A stretch of 51,936 nt of DNA, from assembly GCA_043827085.1 (NCBI GenBank), contig JBDRPO010000010.1, positions 1 through 51,936 on the forward strand, given 5' to 3'. The notes under the pieces were generated by a model. It saw only the letters and a list, made by a program, of their open reading frames with translations, did not search any database and was not told the origin of the DNA. Position 1 is the stretch's first letter. Every line of letters begins with the position of its first letter. This stretch comes from a bacterium (lineage in GTDB: Bacteria > Patescibacteriota > Microgenomatia > UBA1400 > UBA12108). Positions 47,885-51,936 of this stretch are shown here, one piece after another. Position numbers and translations under genes: made by a program.

Positions 47885-48742
47885 TTACCAAAATAATTGT
47901 AAGTGGGTGGGGGGATAGGAGATGACGGTGGGATTGAAGCCGGACTTGAAGTGGGTAAAGCCGATCCATTTTTTATACATTTTCGGGTAGCGAGGGTCGT
48001 AGATACCGCCAAAGTCGAAGATACTACAACCCCGCTCTTTGGCTGTTTGCATGGCAGTCCAGGTGAGGAGGGTGGGGGCAAAGGTAGAGTATCCTTCGTG
48101 AGTGGCGAAGGCAGCGTAGTAGGTGGCAACTCGTCCGTGGTAGAGGATGAGGAGGATTCCGACCAAATCGTGACCTTGATAACATTGGAGGAGGTCTCCC
48201 GATTGACGGAAGGACTTGAGGACAGCGTTAAGAAGCGAGAGGGGGTAGCCGAAGATTTGGCGGCTCGCGCTCCAGCTTTTGTGGAGCGAAAAGAAAGTAT
48301 CTTTTTGGGTTTGAGTGAGTTTACCTAGTGGAGTGGTAACAACGTGGATGTCAGCTTTTTTAAGAGTGCGCGTGATGTTGTAGCGGGTTTTTTGAGAGAA
48401 AGAGTTGAGGATAGTTTGTTCGCTAGGCTTTAAATCAACAAGAGAAGTGCAAGAGTGGGCGAAGGGCTCGACGTGGAGGCCCCCCGCGAAAGAATTGGTT
48501 AGACTAGGCTCGATATAGGTAGTGAGGGCGTGGTGGTTCTTTCGGAAACCATTGATCCAATCGGGATCAATGGTTTTGGGACGCTGGAGTTTGGCGATGG
48601 TAAAAGGACCGAGTGTGCGGTAGAACAAGCGAGAGCCAGCTTTACCTTCGACTGACCAGTTGATCTCACGCATGAGAGAAGCGTACATAGGTGATTGGTG
48701 GAGATCGGGATGCTTCGTGAAACGAGCGATTAGGCCAGTCAC
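47885..48742 (-). CDS. FemABX-like GNAT peptidyltransferase
   Basis: QSP.Y, FSQKTRYNI, APTLLTW, FDFGGI, GFTHFKSGF. Confidence 0.82.
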   Translation of the reverse strand: MTGLIARFTKHPDLHQSPMYASLMREINWSVEGKAGSRLFYRTLGPFTIAKLQRPKTIDPDWINGFRKNHHALTTYIEPSLTNSFAGGLHVEPFAHSCTSLVDLKPSEQTILNSFSQKTRYNITRTLKKADIHVVTTPLGKLTQTQKDTFFSLHKSWSASRQIFGYPLSLLNAVLKSFRQSGDLLQCYQGHDLVGILLILYHGRVATYYAAFATHEGYSTFAPTLLTWTAMQTAKERGCSIFDFGGIYDPRYPKMYKKWIGFTHFKSGFNPTVISYPPTHLQLFW

Positions 48743-48743
48743 G

Positions 48744-49013
48744 TTATTTCTTTTTAGACTTACTTTTTGGTTCGCTCACCAAGACGAGCTTGTTTTTGGC
48801 GAAGACGAAGAGGTAGAGGATGTCGAGGATACCGGCCGTGTGAACCAAAAGGAGCGCGAGGAACCAGTAGCGATCGTCGTTTCTCGCGGCTTTCCAGAGG
48901 GCCATACCTTGCCAGACAAGTGACCAGATGGCGAGGAGGCCAAAACCGGCTCCAAACCATGGGTGACCGCCCCAATTCATCATATTGTCCCAGTTGTACC
49001 AGTTGCCCATCAT
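48744..49013 (-). CDS. Small membrane protein (DUF5652-like)
   Basis: WSLVWQGMALWKAAR...WF..LL..HTAGILDILY; SD AGGAGG. Confidence 0.75.
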   Translation of the reverse strand: MMGNWYNWDNMMNWGGHPWFGAGFGLLAIWSLVWQGMALWKAARNDDRYWFLALLLVHTAGILDILYLFVFAKNKLVLVSEPKSKSKKK

Positions 49014-49115
49014 ATAACCTCCTATTTGTATGGATAGATAGGATTAGTTTAGCACGAATTTTAGGTGATTTGGAATACGTTTGACATATACATTCGGGTA
49101 TTATATGGTATATTT

Positions 49116-49445
49116 ATGAGCAGGTTTGAAAAACGTAGATATTCTGATAGACCTGGATATTTGTCACATTTTGTGTCAGAGAGGAGGCGGAAGCTTAAGA
49201 GGATGGCAGTGGAGCTGAAGGGCGGTGAATGTCAAATTTGTGGTTATCACAAATGTATTGGAGCTCTGGATTTTCATCATATAGGCGAGGGGAGTAAGTC
49301 TTTTGATTTGTCGAGTAGGGGTTTAACGAGGAGTTGGGTGCGAATTAAAGAGGAAATTGATAAATGTGTATTGGTGTGTGCAAATTGTCACCGCGAGATT
49401 CATGTGGGAGTAGTAGATCTTCAAAAGCTTACCCAGATGGTATAA
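49116..49445 (+). CDS. Free-standing HNH endonuclease with Zn-binding Cys pairs
   Basis: CQICG, LDFHH, CVLVCANCHREIH; promoter TTGACA(49081)-17-TATGGT. Confidence 0.88.
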   Translation: MSRFEKRRYSDRPGYLSHFVSERRRKLKRMAVELKGGECQICGYHKCIGALDFHHIGEGSKSFDLSSRGLTRSWVRIKEEIDKCVLVCANCHREIHVGVVDLQKLTQMV

Positions 49446-49471
49446 TCGGTAGAGTTAAAAAGTAAATACGT

Positions 49472-49737
49472 TCCTCGGTAGCTCAGCTGGTAGAGCGCCT
49501 CTCTGTCGAATTGGCAGCGCCTCGTAGTGATGCGAGATGGAAAATCGGGCTAATTCGGGGAAATCCCGCCGTAGGCGGGACAATCCCGAGCTAAATTTCG
49601 ACGTATGTCGGATAAACGTGTAGAGACTATATACCCGACCCCTCGTAAAATAGGGGATGAGATAGTCCAGTCCTATTGGCAACAGTGGGGTATCTGTAAA
49701 GAGGATGTCACAGGTTCGAACCCTGTCCGAGGAGCCA
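49472..49737 (+). tRNA. tRNA-Asn(GUU) interrupted by a group I intron
   Basis: Exon 1 49472-49506, exon 2 49697-49737; TCCTCGG/CCGAGGA stem, spliced arm CCTCT-CTGTTAA-AGAGG, GCCA end. Confidence 0.88.
49507..49696 (+). ncRNA. Group I self-splicing intron, 190 nt, no ORF
   Basis: P1 CTGT^C/GGCAG with U.G pair; P AATTCGGGGAA, Q AATCCCGAGC, R GTAGAGACTA, S GAGATAGTCC; P3 TCGGG/CCCGA; terminal G. Confidence 0.88.
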
Positions 49738-51309
49738 GATGGGATGAGAGGGTGACAAAGAGTCCTTTTGTGTTGAATTGTCGGGCAATTCTTGATGTTC
49801 GAAAGTTTCTTTTTCTAAACCCTCCAAATTTTCCACTTTAGAACAATTTGTTTGACCTACTGCCTCAGACAGGATCTTAAAGGCTCGGGAGTATTCCCAG
49901 CTGAGTTTACCTTCGTCTAGAATCAGTTTCTTGAACACTAGCCTAATCAGAGCGCGCTGTTCGTCTAACATCTCTTTGTTTTTGGCGGTGAGGTAGATTT
50001 CTTTGGCTCGTTGCGAGAGTTCATAGAGGTTTATGCCAAGGTTGAGGTAGCCAGTGCTGGCGGTGGAGTGTCTCTTTATCGTTTCGGTAAGTTCATCTTT
50101 TTCCTTTGAGTACTGTTTAAATTTGCGGTTATAAAATTCCTGAGTGATTTTTTCATCAAGTTTGTCATCGTATAATTTGTCCATTCGTCTGCTAACTGCC
50201 TCGTAGCGGGTTTCCAGTTCGCCCACGGTGCTGTTGTGGTACTGGACTTCGTCCTGATGGCTTTCTTTGAGAGCCTTCTTGAGCCATTCGGTGACACGCT
50301 TGTTTTTAATTCGTAGATTCTCAAAACCAGCTATGAGCTGTTCTTCGGTCCCAGGCTCTTTGACCCATGTTTTCTGAGGGCATTTGTTGTAGTGGTTACA
50401 ATGGCCATAGCGATGACCTCGGTGGAGTTCCCAGGTGATTAGCCCCTTGCAGGTGGTGCAGCGGATTAAGCCTTTGAATAGGTAGCTATGTTTCATATAA
50501 GTGGGTGTGGTTTTGCTTTTGAGCAATTTTTGGACTTTATCGAATAATTCTTTGCTGATTAAAGGCTCTTGTTTGCCTTCGTAAATTTCATCATTCCATC
50601 TAATCTTACCCATATAAAAGGGATCGCGCAGCAGGGAGTGGGTTCTGCTGACTGCCAGCTTATTGCCCTGGGGCGACCTCATGCCCTCCTTATACATGGT
50701 GTTGGCCAGCTTCTTAATGGAATAGTCTCCAGAGGCATAGAGCTCAAACATCTTAATCACCAGCTTAGAAGCGCCTTCATCAACGATATGGATCTTGTGG
50801 CCAGTTTCACCTACAGTTTTGTAGCCCAACGGTGGTCTGGTTGGTAACCAACCCTGAGCTAGTTTTTCTTTTTGTCCTTTCTTAACGTTCTCAGAAAGGA
50901 GTCTGACATAGTACTCAGCGGTCGCCACTTTGACTCGCCACATAAACCATTCGTGGGAGCGGGAGGAGTTGTGTAGGACACAAGCCTCTTTAGCCAAGTG
51001 GATTTGGTGTTCTTCACTTTCGGTAATCCAGAGATCAATGGTAGGGACATCGGAGAAGTTGCGGGTCAAGCGGTCCGTGGTTTCAACAATAATGGCACAG
51101 ATATTCTGCTTTCTGACGTAGGCGATCATCTCCTCAAAGACTTTGCGCTGGCTTTTGCCTGCCGCTGATTCGGAGATAGCAAAGACTTTTTTGACTTCCA
51201 ACCCTTGCTTGTCTCCATATTCTCGCAGGAACTTCTCCTGAGCCGGGAGGGAGTACCCTGTTTCTTCTTGTTCTTTTGAGCTGACTCGACAGAATATGAC
51301 GCTTTTCAT
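49708..51309 (-). CDS. Large serine recombinase (integrase)
   Basis: CRVSS..Q, DRLTR, PLGY, PFYMG, Zn ribbon CTTC...C...C, coiled coil; last codons overlap tRNA-Asn. Confidence 0.92.
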   Translation of the reverse strand: MKSVIFCRVSSKEQEETGYSLPAQEKFLREYGDKQGLEVKKVFAISESAAGKSQRKVFEEMIAYVRKQNICAIIVETTDRLTRNFSDVPTIDLWITESEEHQIHLAKEACVLHNSSRSHEWFMWRVKVATAEYYVRLLSENVKKGQKEKLAQGWLPTRPPLGYKTVGETGHKIHIVDEGASKLVIKMFELYASGDYSIKKLANTMYKEGMRSPQGNKLAVSRTHSLLRDPFYMGKIRWNDEIYEGKQEPLISKELFDKVQKLLKSKTTPTYMKHSYLFKGLIRCTTCKGLITWELHRGHRYGHCNHYNKCPQKTWVKEPGTEEQLIAGFENLRIKNKRVTEWLKKALKESHQDEVQYHNSTVGELETRYEAVSRRMDKLYDDKLDEKITQEFYNRKFKQYSKEKDELTETIKRHSTASTGYLNLGINLYELSQRAKEIYLTAKNKEMLDEQRALIRLVFKKLILDEGKLSWEYSRAFKILSEAVGQTNCSKVENLEGLEKETFEHQELPDNSTQKDSLSPSHPIWLLGQGSNL

Positions 51310-51731
51310 AGGCAGAGCTTTTTCAACACAACAACATATAGGTAACTCGAGGGAATATCAAATTGAATCAGGACTTTCCGCATATACTGGGCTATACGCG
51401 GAGACAGGACAAATGAAGGGATAAAAACCACCGACATTTCACCGTCACCATACCGAAGGGATTTCAGGCTAAGAGTTCTAAAATCCGGTGAACTTTCAGT
51501 GAAGCGCCGGTGAACCTTAATTGGTGCAGTTTTGACGAAGAGTTGGCGCAGGTTTTCTGTCCTATTTTTGTCCACCTTTTGTACACCCTGTTTCGCCTTG
51601 AAAGGTTCTAAATCCGCCCTCATTTTGCCCACGTTCTGCCCACCTTGAAAAGCTGACCAATTTTTGACCAAGAATTGACCAATCCTCCTTATAAGTTTTC
51701 CTGTTGGTTTTGCTACTGATTTGTCTTTCAT
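51306..51731 (-). CDS. Hypothetical protein
   Basis: 141-aa ORF with ATGA overlap to the integrase; no recognised motif. Confidence 0.5.
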   Translation of the reverse strand: MKDKSVAKPTGKLIRRIGQFLVKNWSAFQGGQNVGKMRADLEPFKAKQGVQKVDKNRTENLRQLFVKTAPIKVHRRFTESSPDFRTLSLKSLRYGDGEMSVVFIPSFVLSPRIAQYMRKVLIQFDIPSSYLYVVVLKKLCL

Positions 51732-51760
51732 AAACGGCGCTGTTTTCGTTAAATTTTTTG

Positions 51761-51934
51761 TTAAAAACTCCTTCTAGTTAGCTTGTCGTCTTTCCGTGAC
51801 GCATTGATATACAATGAATTGGCAAGTTTAGCCTTGTTTGCTTGCAGATCTTCCATTTGTTGTTGTCTCCGTACGACGGTGGTGTCATGCGGAGCGAAGA
51901 TGGTGATGATGTTTTGATTGAGTTGGTAGCCGTT
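51761..51934 (-). CDS. 3' end of a hypothetical ORF entering from beyond the window
   Basis: Open frame NGYQLNQNIITIFAPHD...TRRSF*. Confidence 0.4.
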   Translation of the reverse strand, partial: NGYQLNQNIITIFAPHDTTVVRRQQQMEDLQANKAKLANSLYINASRKDDKLTRRSF

Positions 51935-51936
51935 AC

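Larger units (their letters stand above)
49708..51936. mobile_element. Left end of an integrated element at tRNA-Asn (continues past the window)
   Basis: Integrase abuts and overlaps the tRNA 3' end; followed by hypothetical ORFs; G-skew looks weaker by eye. Confidence 0.7.

Noticed and set aside
49498-49705. Reading the split tRNA as Asp(GUC) from the 5' side or Tyr(GUA) from the 3' side
   Set aside because: The P1 U.G pair and the terminal G fix the splice as CUGU^UAA, the only option giving a 7-nt loop with a 5-bp stem. There is no long variable arm for Tyr, and the acceptor stem fits Asn.
1-51936. CRISPR array or rRNA genes
   Set aside because: No regularly spaced direct repeats with unique spacers, no cas-like ORFs and no rRNA-like segments were seen.

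Overview
This is a gene-dense bacterial chromosome segment in the standard genetic code. Gene content, short palindromic repeats, tRNA-Ile(UAU)/tRNA-Arg(GCG) and a G-rich + strand suggest Patescibacteria/CPR (inference, not a database result). In order it carries: sufS-sufU; t6A genes (tsaD, a tsaC-tsaE fusion); FNR-ferredoxin-DsbA; a nonsense-interrupted GH36-like gene; rpiB-rpe-LOG-transketolase (C-subunit frameshifted)-pfkB and ldh; cmk; PBP1A-GH18-PBP1A; an nrdR-led run of THREE class II (B12-dependent) ribonucleotide reductases followed by maf and cobA/btuR; a VirD4-like ATPase; two PIN toxin-antitoxin pairs; a Xer-like recombinase; seven tRNAs; dnaG-rpoD; and the edge of an integrated element. 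Main findings: (1) two of the three nrdJ paralogs carry LAGLIDADG inteins at the catalytic NP|C site, and one intein ends in Arg-Gly instead of His-Asn; (2) the three NrdJs have divergent specificity loops; (3) tRNA-Asn(GUU) is split at 35/36 by a 190-nt group I intron, preceded by a free-standing HNH gene and overlapped by the 3' end of a large serine recombinase; (4) many genes have a -10 hexamer only 6-8 nt before the ATG, including 19-22-nt bidirectional promoters, suggesting leaderless mRNAs; (5) palindromic elements occur between genes and in-frame inside a PBP. All protein calls rest on motif recognition by eye; no searches were run.
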